Positions 1-9,933 of a stretch of DNA of 64,000 nucleotides are shown in pieces. Every line of letters starts with the position of its first letter. Positions within the stretch are counted from its first letter, which is position 1. This DNA is from Candidatus Omnitrophota bacterium. GTDB lineage: Bacteria > Omnitrophota > Gorgyraeia > Velamenicoccales > JABMQK01. The notes under the pieces were generated by a model. The model saw nothing but the letters and a program-made list of their open reading frames with translations. It was not told the origin of the DNA and did no database searches. The translations under genes and the position numbers were made by a program. The stretch covers positions 390,032-454,031 of the forward strand of contig JAQTSV010000001.1 in the NCBI GenBank assembly GCA_028711115.1, given 5' to 3'.

Positions 1-1
1 C

Positions 2-1837
2 GTATTCTTTCCGCTCCTAATCTTTGGTGCGTTTTTATTCGTTTTCAAATCCACAAATAACACAAGGAAAACCTTAGGGCTTGTAGTTTTTTCTCTTGCC
101 TGCGCATTTTATGCGAGCATCTGGCAGGGATGGTGGTTTATACTGGATTTATTAATAATCTGCGGGCTCGTATTTATCTTAAATGATAATTTTTCAGACA
201 GAAGGAACATTCCTTTGTTTAAGGAAAATATGTTATGGTTATCACTGTTATTTATTTCCGGGATAACGCTGGTGGGCATATTGAATGGCAGAGAGAGCTT
301 GTTTAGCTTTATTACCGAACCGGCCAAATTGATATTTACCATGAAAAATATTCCCCGGGACAATTGGCCCAATGTTTTTCTGACGGTGGCGGAACTAAAA
401 AGGGTAAGCCCGTATGCAATAGCCCATGAACTGGGAGGTATTCCTATATTTTTCATCACTATCATTGGTTCAATAACTATGGTGCTTTCCAAAAAGGTAA
501 TCAGGGACGAGGAATTGGGCATAGGATTTTTCTGCTTATTCATCTGGCTCGGCGTTTTATATTATGTCTCGCTGAATGCGGTGAGGATGGCATTACTTTT
601 GGTTGTTCCTTTCGGCATAATGTTCGGCATAATCTTTGATAAGATGATAATCGGAGTTTTTGCTATATCGCGTAAATTTTCCAAAAAAATCCGCCTGTTT
701 ATATTGGCAGCTATAACAATATTTGTTTATTCAGTTGTTTCTTTTTATGGATTCGGCAGCACCGGACTGGTTTCTTCCAGGCTTCCGCTTATGAATGATG
801 CCTGGTATAAGAGTCTTATGTTTATCAGGAATAATTCCGACAATAGTGCGACAATAAATTCCTGGTGGGATTACGGTCACTGGTTTACGGCAATAGCCAA
901 AAGGCATGTGATGTTCGACGGAAAGACGCAAAACAGCCCCGTTGCCTTCTGGATGGCCAGGGTATTGATTACGACAGACGAAGAAGAGGCGTTGGGAATA
1001 TTACGTATGTTGAATATTTCCAAGAATAAGGCCTTTGATTTGCTGGAGTCGTATGGTTTTAACCACGTAAAAGCTGTAAATATTCTGGAAGACATTATAA
1101 GACTCCCGGAACAAGGCGCGCGGCAGTATCTGGAAAATATTCTGGATAAAGGAAAGGCCGGCAAGCTGATTTCCCTTCTTTACAAAAGCAACATGCCTTC
1201 GGCTTATTTTATCGCCTCTTTTGATATCATCGGAAAAATGCGCTCCATTTCTCATATCGGCAACTGGGATTTTAAGAAATGCGACATATGGCTTCATGCG
1301 GTAAGCGATCAGGCATCCGATTATATAAATTATCTTAAAAAAGAATACAACTATACAAATGAAGAGGCGCAGAACTCCTGGTTTAATTTAAGATTGCTAA
1401 GTGACAGGGACGCCTTGGGCTGGGTTTCCAAAATTGATAGCATTCAGTCTGATTCTGTATCCAATAAATTCAAAAAACAGGATAACCTGTTGTTGTTTGA
1501 TAATGGCCTGGTTTTGGATTTATCAAATTATAATGCCTATATCCTCAGAGGTCATGATACGGATATCGGCGTGCCTTACAGCGTTATTTATATGAAGGCC
1601 GGAGTTCTGGAGGAAAAAGTACTGGAAGGAAGCAATTCAGAATATTCGGTATTGATATTTAAGGGCGACGGAGACGCATACAAGAATATCTTCTTGAGTA
1701 AAGATTTGGCCAAAAGTATATTTTCTAGAATGTATTTCTTTAAAGGCGAAGGACTGAAGTATTTTAAGAGTGTTTCGGCGGAAAAAACTCCCGAAGGAGA
1801 TTTTATTTACGTGTATAAAATAGAGTGGCCGAAATAA
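2..1837 (+). CDS. Oligosaccharyltransferase, STT3/PglB/AglB family (5'-truncated by window edge)
   Basis: WWDYGHW at nt 863-883 is the WWDYG signature of STT3/PglB/AglB catalytic subunits. It is preceded by several hydrophobic helices and followed by a ~320-aa soluble domain. The frame of the listed ORF 215..1837 stays open back to nt 2 and still reads as membrane helices, so the real start lies outside the window. Confidence 0.75.
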   Translation, partial: VFFPLLIFGAFLFVFKSTNNTRKTLGLVVFSLACAFYASIWQGWWFILDLLIICGLVFILNDNFSDRRNIPLFKENMLWLSLLFISGITLVGILNGRESLFSFITEPAKLIFTMKNIPRDNWPNVFLTVAELKRVSPYAIAHELGGIPIFFITIIGSITMVLSKKVIRDEELGIGFFCLFIWLGVLYYVSLNAVRMALLLVVPFGIMFGIIFDKMIIGVFAISRKFSKKIRLFILAAITIFVYSVVSFYGFGSTGLVSSRLPLMNDAWYKSLMFIRNNSDNSATINSWWDYGHWFTAIAKRHVMFDGKTQNSPVAFWMARVLITTDEEEALGILRMLNISKNKAFDLLESYGFNHVKAVNILEDIIRLPEQGARQYLENILDKGKAGKLISLLYKSNMPSAYFIASFDIIGKMRSISHIGNWDFKKCDIWLHAVSDQASDYINYLKKEYNYTNEEAQNSWFNLRLLSDRDALGWVSKIDSIQSDSVSNKFKKQDNLLLFDNGLVLDLSNYNAYILRGHDTDIGVPYSVIYMKAGVLEEKVLEGSNSEYSVLIFKGDGDAYKNIFLSKDLAKSIFSRMYFFKGEGLKYFKSVSAEKTPEGDFIYVYKIEWPK

Positions 1838-2968
<1,131 letters not shown>

Positions 2969-3655
2969 ATGAAAATAGACATTATAACAATTTTTCCCGA
3001 AATATTTGACGCGGTTCTAAACGAATCTATCTTAAAGCGGGCTCAAGCCAAAGGCTTGGTAGAAATTTACGTGCATAATCTTCGCGATTATTCCGGAGAT
3101 AAACATAGAAAAGTTGACGACCGCCCGTTTGGCGGCGGCCCGGGAATGGTGTTTAGTCCGGAGCCTTTGTTTAAGGCGGTTGAACATATAAAGGCTTGTC
3201 CGCGAAAACGAAAGTGGCACGGACAGGTAATTCTACTTTCGCCGCAGGGAAAAACCTTAAACCAGAAAATGGCGCAAAAGTTATCCAAAGATAAACATCT
3301 GGTTTTAATCTGCGGACACTACGAAGGAATTGACGAGCGCGTGCGGCTTAAATTGGTCGATGAAGAAATTTCTATTGGAGATTATGTTTTAACCGGCGGT
3401 GAACTTCCGGCAATGGTTTTGGTTGACGCGGTAGTGCGATTAGTCAAAGGCGTTTTAGGAGATGAAGATTCCTCAAAGTCCGACAGTTTCTCTGACGGGC
3501 TACTCGAATATCCTCACTATACGCGGCCGGCAAATTTCAAGGGAATGAAAGTCCCCAAGGTTTTATTATCCGGCGACCACGAGATTATCGCAAAGTGGCG
3601 AAAAGACCAATCGCTCAAAGTTACAAAGAAAAAAAGGCCGGAATTAATAAAGTAA
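2969..3655 (+). CDS. trmD: tRNA (guanine37-N1)-methyltransferase
   Basis: Typical TrmD N-terminus [13 protein letters not shown] and the [10 protein letters not shown] and [14 protein letters not shown] motifs. The ATG directly follows the tgt stop. Confidence 0.95.
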   Translation: MKIDIITIFPEIFDAVLNESILKRAQAKGLVEIYVHNLRDYSGDKHRKVDDRPFGGGPGMVFSPEPLFKAVEHIKACPRKRKWHGQVILLSPQGKTLNQKMAQKLSKDKHLVLICGHYEGIDERVRLKLVDEEISIGDYVLTGGELPAMVLVDAVVRLVKGVLGDEDSSKSDSFSDGLLEYPHYTRPANFKGMKVPKVLLSGDHEIIAKWRKDQSLKVTKKKRPELIK

Positions 3656-3715
3656 TAATAGATATTTCATTGTAGAAATTATTGAAAGATAGACATAGAT
3701 ATTAAGAGAAGAAAT

Positions 3716-4123
3716 ATGAATATGAAATTAGAAATCGAGCGAAAAGAGTATTACCGTGTTTTTCTTCTTCTAGGATCCGGAATCATAATGCTATTCATTT
3801 TTTTGAGGCTATTTGAATTTAGAGAGATTGCAAATTCATATAATTTTTATAGACTTGTTTGGTGTTTTAGTTTTACTTGTTTAGGTCTTTCTATGTATGG
3901 GTTACAAAGTCGTAAAGGAGATGTAAGAGAAGTAATATGGACAGAGTTATGTTATGATTTTGTAATTTTGATATTAATTTCTGCAATTGTTTTTTCCTGT
4001 TGTCATTTATCCGAAAAAAGTAGCGGATATATTTTTTATCATATTTCAGCTGCAGCTTCTTTTATGGGTGGATATTTAAAAACTTATTTTTGGGATTTAA
4101 TTAAAAAAAAATTAAAGATATAA
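3716..4123 (+). CDS. Hypothetical small membrane protein (about 4 predicted TM helices)
   Basis: 135-aa ORF with four hydrophobic segments. It is visibly more AT-rich than its neighbours. I recognise no family. Confidence 0.5.
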   Translation: MNMKLEIERKEYYRVFLLLGSGIIMLFIFLRLFEFREIANSYNFYRLVWCFSFTCLGLSMYGLQSRKGDVREVIWTELCYDFVILILISAIVFSCCHLSEKSSGYIFYHISAAASFMGGYLKTYFWDLIKKKLKI

Positions 4124-4192
4124 ATTGATAATAGTTTTAAATCTGAGCTGGAGACCATCTCTGAGTCTTGGATTTAGACAAAAAGGAGCAAG

Positions 4193-4705
4193 ATGAAAAA
4201 ACTTTCTAAACATAAGGATTCTCAAGATGTGCCAGAAGTTGAACAAAATGTAGATGTAGTGGCTTTGATTAATACAATGCAGCAGCAGTTGAATTCCCTG
4301 GAAAGAAAAATAGACTCATTAATCGCCAAGCCTCAGGAGAGGCATTTTGAGGAAAAACATTTTTCAAAACCTTTCCAGCGTTTTGACCGCCACAGCCATA
4401 ACCGTTTTGACAGAGGAAACCGCGACAATAATTTCAGAGAGAGAAGTTATACCAAAGTTATCTGCGCAGACTGCGGCAATGAGTGTGAAGTCCCTTTCAA
4501 GCCCAGCGCAGACCGCCCGGTATATTGCAAAGATTGCTTTTCCAAGCGCAAAGAAGGCGGCACATATAACGTCAGGCACGACAATGCGCCCAGAGAAGAG
4601 CATTTTGGAAAAAAGCGTCATTTTGATAAACTTAAAGACAGCGAAAACCGCATGCCCGGCACAAGGAAGAGGCCAAGTTTTCGAAAGCGCAAATACCACG
4701 CTTAA
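4193..4705 (+). CDS. Arg/Lys-rich protein with CxxC-x17-CxxC zinc ribbon
   Basis: CADCGNECEVPFKPSADRPVYCKDCF matches the CxxC...VPF.P...RPVYC..C zinc-ribbon pattern. AAGGAG lies upstream of the ATG. The N-terminus looks coiled-coil, with basic RFDR/NRF repeats. Overlapping ORFs in other frames (4347..4742 +, 4364..4699 -) were judged to be shadows. Confidence 0.6.
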   Translation: MKKLSKHKDSQDVPEVEQNVDVVALINTMQQQLNSLERKIDSLIAKPQERHFEEKHFSKPFQRFDRHSHNRFDRGNRDNNFRERSYTKVICADCGNECEVPFKPSADRPVYCKDCFSKRKEGGTYNVRHDNAPREEHFGKKRHFDKLKDSENRMPGTRKRPSFRKRKYHA

Positions 4706-4718
4706 GCGTAAAGAAAAA

Positions 4719-4748
4719 TTAGCAAAAAACAGAATTATATAGTATAAT
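4719..4748 (+). promoter_or_regulatory. Putative sigma70-type promoter for rplS (TTAGCA-18-TATAAT)
   Basis: TTAGCA at 4719-4724 and TATAAT at 4743-4748, about 40 nt upstream of the rplS ATG, with GGAGG as the RBS. Confidence 0.35.
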
Positions 4749-4789
4749 ACGCACCTGTTTTAGAATAATAGATTAAACGGAGGTAAACA

Positions 4790-5161
4790 ATGGACAGAAT
4801 AAAATTACTCGATGAACAAAGTTTACGCAAGGATCTGCCGAAATTTAACGTAGGCGACCAGATAAGGGTGTTTGTCAAAATTATGGAAGGCGACAAGGCA
4901 AGAGTCCATCCTTTTGAAGGTACGGTTATCCGTAAGCGCGGACAGGGTATGGGCGCAAGTTTCGCGGTGAGGAAGGTTTCTTTCGGCGAAGGAGTGGAAA
5001 GGGTTTTTCCTTTTAACACGCCGTCGATTGAGAAAATCGAAGTGGTCAAAAAAGGCAAGGTGCACCGGGCCAAGTTGTATTATTTAAGAGGAAAGATAGG
5101 CAAGGTTTCCAAGGTCGAAGAAGATATAAGCAAACCCGCCACACCGCCTAAAAATCCGTAG
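4790..5161 (+). CDS. rplS: 50S ribosomal protein L19
   Basis: Full-length L19 similarity (FNVGD.IRV..KI.EG.K.R...FEG.VI.KRG). Confidence 0.95.
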   Translation: MDRIKLLDEQSLRKDLPKFNVGDQIRVFVKIMEGDKARVHPFEGTVIRKRGQGMGASFAVRKVSFGEGVERVFPFNTPSIEKIEVVKKGKVHRAKLYYLRGKIGKVSKVEEDISKPATPPKNP

Positions 5162-5165
5162 AAAA

Positions 5166-5780
5166 GTGCTCTATTACGAGAAAAAAGCCAAAGACAAGGG
5201 TTTTTCTTTTATAATCGGTGTTGATGAAGTCGGCCGCGGCCCGTTGGCAGGCCCGGTAGTAGCTGCCGCAGTCAGATTAAAGCAAACAAAATTCCATAAT
5301 TATATAAACGATTCCAAAAAACTGAGTTCTTTGCAGAGAGAAAGAGCTTACCTGGAAATCTTCCAGAAATCCATAGTGGGCATAGGTATTATCAACGAAT
5401 CCATAATTGATGCGATAAATATCCTTAATGCCACAAAATTAGCCATGGAGCGGGCAATAACCAATCTTATTTATTCATCAAAGCGGAAGATAAATAAAAA
5501 TAAGGTTATTCTTTTGCTGGACGGAAATTTATCTCTGAGCCTGCCATTCCATTCAAAGAGTATAATCGGCGGCGACGGAAAGAGTTTGTCCATAGCCGCA
5601 GCCTCTATAGTGGCAAAGGTTACGCGGGATAGAATTATGTCCATTTATGACAAGATTTATCCCAAGTATCGTTTCCTGACCCACAAAGGTTACGGCACCA
5701 AAGAGCATTTCCGGGCGATAAAAAAACACGGCTCCTGCTCGATTCATCGCATGAGTTTTTATCCTTTGAGCGAGATTTAA
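5166..5780 (+). CDS. rnhB: Ribonuclease HII
   Basis: GVDEVGRGPLAGPVVAAAV catalytic motif, DSKKLS, and GDGKSLSIAAASIVAKV. GTG start. Confidence 0.9.
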   Translation: MLYYEKKAKDKGFSFIIGVDEVGRGPLAGPVVAAAVRLKQTKFHNYINDSKKLSSLQRERAYLEIFQKSIVGIGIINESIIDAINILNATKLAMERAITNLIYSSKRKINKNKVILLLDGNLSLSLPFHSKSIIGGDGKSLSIAAASIVAKVTRDRIMSIYDKIYPKYRFLTHKGYGTKEHFRAIKKHGSCSIHRMSFYPLSEI

Positions 5781-5781
5781 A

Positions 5782-6159
5782 ATGGGCAAAGAGAAATTAG
5801 AATTAGGCAGAAAAGGCGAAGACCTGGCAGTGGATTTCCTAAAGCAGAAAGGCTATAAAATTATCCAGAGAAATTATAAAAATAAATTAGGCGAGATAGA
5901 TATCATAGCTAAGGAGAGAAAAACGCTGTGTTTTGTGGAAGTCAAGACGCGCACAAGTTTAAAATTCGGCTATCCGCAGGAGGCCATAAATATATTTAAG
6001 CAGAGGCAATTAAATAAAGTTGCATTGAGTTATTTAAGGCAGTATAATTTACTGAACCTTCCGGCGCGATTTGACATAGTTTCCATTATCCTTGATAATC
6101 AGAATAAAGTTGATATCGAAATTATAAAAGACGCCTTCTCCCAGGAAGGATGTAATTAA
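5782..6159 (+). CDS. yraN: YraN family (UPF0102) endonuclease-like protein
   Basis: G.KGE..A..FL...GY.I...N......GEIDIIA......FVEVKTR pattern. The rnhB-yraN adjacency is a conserved arrangement. Confidence 0.85.
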   Translation: MGKEKLELGRKGEDLAVDFLKQKGYKIIQRNYKNKLGEIDIIAKERKTLCFVEVKTRTSLKFGYPQEAINIFKQRQLNKVALSYLRQYNLLNLPARFDIVSIILDNQNKVDIEIIKDAFSQEGCN

Positions 6160-6167
6160 GGGTTTTT

Positions 6168-6764
6168 ATGTATTTAGATAATTCGATTAAAAAATATCTA
6201 GACGACTTGGCGGCGAAAATGCCTGCGCCGGGCGGCGGAAGCGCGGCTGCTCTTACAGGCGCTCTGGCTGTATCTTTAATGGAGATGGTTTTAAATTACA
6301 CCGTCGGAAAAGATAAATACAGAGAGTTTGAGCCGGAATTAAGCCAGGCATTAAAGTTAAGCCAGGAATTGAAACAAAAGTTATCTGTTTTGATAGATAA
6401 GGACGTCGAGGCATATCAAAAATTGTCCGCGGTTCTTAATTCGCAGGATAATATTGCTAAGGAAAAAGCACTCAAGGATGCGGCAGGAGTACCGATGGAA
6501 ATCTGTAATTATAGTTATGAGGCGATGAAGTTATGCCGCAGCATTATGGATAAAACCAACAAAAATCTCATTACAGATATCGGCGTGGCAGCAGCGTTAC
6601 TTGAGGCGGCATATGAGAGCGCATTATTCAACATCAACATAAATTTAAAAGGCATAAAAGACAAAGAATTTAATTCCCGTATCAAAAAAGTAATTGCGCC
6701 TCAGGCAAAAGAGATGGCGAAAATTAAACAAACAATAATAAAATTTGTAAATGCGGAGTTGTAG
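6168..6764 (+). CDS. fchA: Cyclodeaminase/cyclohydrolase family protein (FTCD_C; FchA-like methenyl-THF cyclohydrolase)
   Basis: N-terminal PAPGGGSAAALTGALAVSLMEMV is typical of the FTCD C-terminal / FchA family. It lies directly upstream of folD, as in acetogen methyl-branch clusters. Confidence 0.75.
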   Translation: MYLDNSIKKYLDDLAAKMPAPGGGSAAALTGALAVSLMEMVLNYTVGKDKYREFEPELSQALKLSQELKQKLSVLIDKDVEAYQKLSAVLNSQDNIAKEKALKDAAGVPMEICNYSYEAMKLCRSIMDKTNKNLITDIGVAAALLEAAYESALFNININLKGIKDKEFNSRIKKVIAPQAKEMAKIKQTIIKFVNAEL

Positions 6765-6766
6765 CC

Positions 6767-7627
6767 ATGGCAGAATTGTTAAAGGGAAAACCAATAGCAG
6801 ATAAGATTAAGGAAGACTTAAAGAAAGAAATAGAGGGCTTAAAGTCCAAAACAGGCAGTTCGCCCAAATTAGTGGCAGTGCAGATTGGCGAGAATGCTTC
6901 TTCGGCCGTATATTTAAAGGCGCAGAAGAATACCGCCGAGAGTTTAGGCATAGAATATATTTTGAATAATCTTTCGGAAAATACTAAGCAGGACGAGGCA
7001 GAAAAATTAATCGATACATTAAACAAGGATAAAGCTGTTTCAGCAATAATTCTGCAGCTGCCTGTGCCCAAGCAGATTGATGCAAAGAAGTTAGTCAATC
7101 TGATAAGTCCCATTAAAGATGCCGAGGGAATGCATCCCGGAAATTTAGGCCAGGTTTTATTGGGTAATTGGAAACTGGCTCCCTGCACGGCAAGCGCGTG
7201 CATGGCACTAATTGAATCCACAGGAATAAATTTATACGGAAAAGAAGCGGTGATCGTGGGCCACTCTGAAATTGTGGGAAAACCCTTAAGTTTAATGTTA
7301 TTGTCGAAATTTGCCACCACCACTGTTTGCCACATCGCAACCGGCGAGCGCGGCGTTTTGCCTGAACACGTAAAAAGGGCGGAGGTTCTGGTTGTGGCAG
7401 TGGGAAAGGCCGGTTTAATCAAAGGCGAATGGGTTAAGCGGGGCTCAATAGTTATAGATGTGGGAATAAATAAAGTCGGCGACACTATTGTCGGCGATGT
7501 CGAATTTGATAAAGCCTCTCAGCAGGCAGCCTATATTACTCCTGTGCCCGGCGGTGTCGGTCCGCTTACCACTACCATGCTTATGAAAAATACCGTTGAG
7601 GCATTTAAAGCACAGAAGGTAAAATAA
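6767..7627 (+). CDS. folD: Bifunctional methylene-THF dehydrogenase / methenyl-THF cyclohydrolase
   Basis: Full-length FolD similarity (VGxNxAS..Y...K, GHSEIVGKP, TPVPGGVGPLT). Confidence 0.95.
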   Translation: MAELLKGKPIADKIKEDLKKEIEGLKSKTGSSPKLVAVQIGENASSAVYLKAQKNTAESLGIEYILNNLSENTKQDEAEKLIDTLNKDKAVSAIILQLPVPKQIDAKKLVNLISPIKDAEGMHPGNLGQVLLGNWKLAPCTASACMALIESTGINLYGKEAVIVGHSEIVGKPLSLMLLSKFATTTVCHIATGERGVLPEHVKRAEVLVVAVGKAGLIKGEWVKRGSIVIDVGINKVGDTIVGDVEFDKASQQAAYITPVPGGVGPLTTTMLMKNTVEAFKAQKVK

Positions 7628-7649
7628 ATATTAGCGAAAGGGGAAAGAT

Positions 7650-8177
7650 ATGAAAAAGACAATATTTAGCGGCACATTATTTTTGGCGCTTATTTTGGTT
7701 TTGGGTTGTTCTGTTTTAGGCGGCTGGAAGAAATATATATCCAATGAAGGCGGTTTTGCTGTAAGTATGCCTGGTGCACCGACAAGCCAGAAGATAATCC
7801 TGCCTACGGATTTCGGCCAGACTTATCTTTATGTGTTTCTTTTAAACAGGAAAGATGATAATTGCGCCTATTCTGTATCTTATGTGGATTATCCTGCAGA
7901 ACTGTTTCAGAAAAAGAGCACCGATAGAATTTTAGAGGATGCGCGCTTGGGAGCTATCAGAAATATCCAGGGTAAATTAGTCAGCGAATCGCCGATATCG
8001 CTTAAGGGTAATCCAGGCAAAGAATTTATAATTGAATCCGGCAACGGAGAAATTGTTGTCAAGGCGAGAGTATTTCTGGTTAAGCAGAGGTTTTACGAAT
8101 TGATGGTTACCACATCCAAGCAGAAGTCCACGTCGTTTGATATAAAGAAATTCCTAGATTCGTTCAGGCTTTTATAA
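7650..8177 (+). CDS. Hypothetical lipoprotein
   Basis: Signal peptide ending in the lipobox LVLGC. No family recognised. Confidence 0.55.
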   Translation: MKKTIFSGTLFLALILVLGCSVLGGWKKYISNEGGFAVSMPGAPTSQKIILPTDFGQTYLYVFLLNRKDDNCAYSVSYVDYPAELFQKKSTDRILEDARLGAIRNIQGKLVSESPISLKGNPGKEFIIESGNGEIVVKARVFLVKQRFYELMVTTSKQKSTSFDIKKFLDSFRLL

Positions 8178-8194
8178 CAGCCGAAGAAATAAGT

Positions 8195-9067
8195 ATGACT
8201 TTCAAAGAAAAAATACAGTCAGGAAAATTTGTGGTCACCAGTGAAATCGGGCCACCAAAGGGAACAGACATTAAAGAGGCATTAGAGGACGCGGAATTAA
8301 TCAAACGCAGAGTCGATGCCATAAATGTGACTGACCTGCAGAGTTCTGTGATGCGGCTGGGTTCTTTGGCGGTGTGCCGCCTGTTAAAAGAAAGAGGCAT
8401 TGAGCCGATTTTACAAATTACCTGCAGAGACAGGAACAGGTTGGCTTTACAGTCGGATTTATTGTCCGCATATGTTTTAGGCATAGAAAATGTTTTATTA
8501 CTGACAGGAGATCATACGACTTTAGGCGACCATCCCGAGGCAAAACCGGTTTTTGATTTGGATTCTGTGCAGCTTATCGGTGTGGCCAAAACATTGCAGG
8601 AAGGCAAAGATATGAAAGGCAATGAATTAAAAGGCACGCCTAAATTCTGCATCGGCGCTGTGGTTAATCCCGGTGCGGATCCTTTGGAACCTGAAATTAT
8701 AAAGATGGAAAAAAAGATAAAAGCAGGCGCTCAGTTTTTCCAGACTCAGGCAGTCTACGACATTGATATATTTAAAAAATTTCTCAGTAATATAAAGCAC
8801 CTAAACACGACAATTTTGGCTGGCGTGGTTTTATTAAAATCCGCCGGCATGGCGAAATATATGAATGAAAACGTGGCCGGGGTTCATGTACCTGATGATT
8901 TGATTAAAGAAATCGCAGCGGTTTCCAAGGAAGACCGTCCCAAAAAGAGCGTAGAGATTTCCGTGCGCCTGGTTAAGGAACTAAAACCACTGTGTTCCGG
9001 CATTCACCTTATGCCGTTAGGCTGGGATAAATTAGTCCCCGAAATTTTGGATAATTCAGGTTTTTGA
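8195..9067 (+). CDS. metF: Methylenetetrahydrofolate reductase, acetogen-type MetF
   Basis: About 290 aa, with FVVTSEIGPPKG, ITCRDRNR, LLLTGD and FFQTQAVYD, as in MetF of Wood-Ljungdahl organisms. Confidence 0.85.
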   Translation: MTFKEKIQSGKFVVTSEIGPPKGTDIKEALEDAELIKRRVDAINVTDLQSSVMRLGSLAVCRLLKERGIEPILQITCRDRNRLALQSDLLSAYVLGIENVLLLTGDHTTLGDHPEAKPVFDLDSVQLIGVAKTLQEGKDMKGNELKGTPKFCIGAVVNPGADPLEPEIIKMEKKIKAGAQFFQTQAVYDIDIFKKFLSNIKHLNTTILAGVVLLKSAGMAKYMNENVAGVHVPDDLIKEIAAVSKEDRPKKSVEISVRLVKELKPLCSGIHLMPLGWDKLVPEILDNSGF

Positions 9068-9933
9068 TGAGACACATTTGTATTATCGGTAATTCTGCCG
9101 CAGGCGTATCCTGCGCAAAGACAATACGCCAGACAGACAGCGAAAGCAAGATTACGATTATTTCCCAGGAAAATTATCCGGCATACCTGCGTTTTAAGCT
9201 GCTTGATTTTTTATATCAGGGAATAAAAGAATCAGATTTATTTGAATTTGCCAAAGATTTCTACAAAGAAAATAATATAGAGCTGGTAAATAACGTCGTT
9301 ACGCACATCGAGCCGGAAAAGAAACGGCTTTATTTTAAAGAAAAAGGGTTTTTGGAATTTGATATCCTTGTTCTGGCCTGCGGAAGAAAACCGAAATTTC
9401 CCGACATAAAGGGTACGAACAAAAGAGGCGTTGTCACTGTTTATAATTTTGATGATGCAAAACAGATTATAGAAACGCTTCCGCTTATTCAGACTGTCTG
9501 CATCACAGGCAGTAATTATGTTACGGAAAAACTGGTTGATTTCTTTGCACAGAAAAATATAGAAGTTAAATTATTCTGTCCTCAGCTGAAAATAAACAGC
9601 GAATCAAAATCCATAGAATATATCACAGACAGCCAGATCCAGGAAATATTGGGAAACGGCGATGCAAAGGCAGTGAAACTTTCCAATAATAAAATCATCG
9701 GCACAAATTTAGTCGTGTACGCCGACATACTGGTTCCCAATATCGATTTAGTTAAAGATACGCCGATTAAATATAATAATGGCATCATCGTCAACTCCTC
9801 GATGCTTACAAATATAGAAAATATTTATGCCGCAGGCGATGTCACAGAAATAACAGGCCGGGAAAAATCTTTTTCTTGGGCGAATGCCGAACAGGAAGGC
9901 ACAACTACAGGAAGGTGCATATGTCAGATTTAG
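9067..9933 (+). CDS. Truncated pyridine-nucleotide-disulfide-oxidoreductase-like flavoprotein (FAD motifs kept, second dinucleotide motif degenerate)
   Basis: N-terminal ICIIGNSAAG (beta-alpha-beta dinucleotide fold) and C-terminal IYAAGDV (FAD) motifs. Only ~289 aa, with no dimerisation domain. The ATG at 9067 overlaps the metF TGA (TGATG); an alternative TTG lies at 9064. The 3' end overlaps acsB by 13 nt. Confidence 0.7.
   Translation: MRHICIIGNSAAGVSCAKTIRQTDSESKITIISQENYPAYLRFKLLDFLYQGIKESDLFEFAKDFYKENNIELVNNVVTHIEPEKKRLYFKEKGFLEFDILVLACGRKPKFPDIKGTNKRGVVTVYNFDDAKQIIETLPLIQTVCITGSNYVTEKLVDFFAQKNIEVKLFCPQLKINSESKSIEYITDSQIQEILGNGDAKAVKLSNNKIIGTNLVVYADILVPNIDLVKDTPIKYNNGIIVNSSMLTNIENIYAAGDVTEITGREKSFSWANAEQEGTTTGRCICQI

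Noticed and set aside
109-543. 144-aa minus-strand ORF at the window start.
   Set aside because: It is antisense to the membrane domain of the oligosaccharyltransferase, whose frame is open from nt 2. No motifs.
4347-4742. 131-aa + strand ORF and 111-aa minus-strand ORF (4364..4699) overlapping the zinc-ribbon gene.
   Set aside because: Only the 4193..4705 frame has an RBS (AAGGAG) and a recognisable CxxC-x17-CxxC zinc-ribbon motif. The other frames are open because of local purine/GC-rich composition.
6724-7485. 253-aa minus-strand ORF. Similar long antisense ORFs lie at 18184..18837, 21418..22140, 23065..23553, 26417..26896, 46416..46895 and 53797..54351.
   Set aside because: Each lies entirely antisense to a confidently identified + strand gene (folD, rho, murA, trpD, DUF362, mcsB, ispD). 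Their translations are low-complexity (Ser/Pro/Ile/Phe-rich) with no recognisable motifs. They are typical shadow ORFs of codon-biased genes.
9876-9920. Upstream extension of acsB (listed start 9876). Likewise the glgA extension from 15468.
   Set aside because: The extensions would add non-homologous residues overlapping the preceding gene. The internal ATGs (9921 MSDLAKMI; 15492 MKIVICSSE, in an ATGA overlap with polA) match the usual N-termini of these families.
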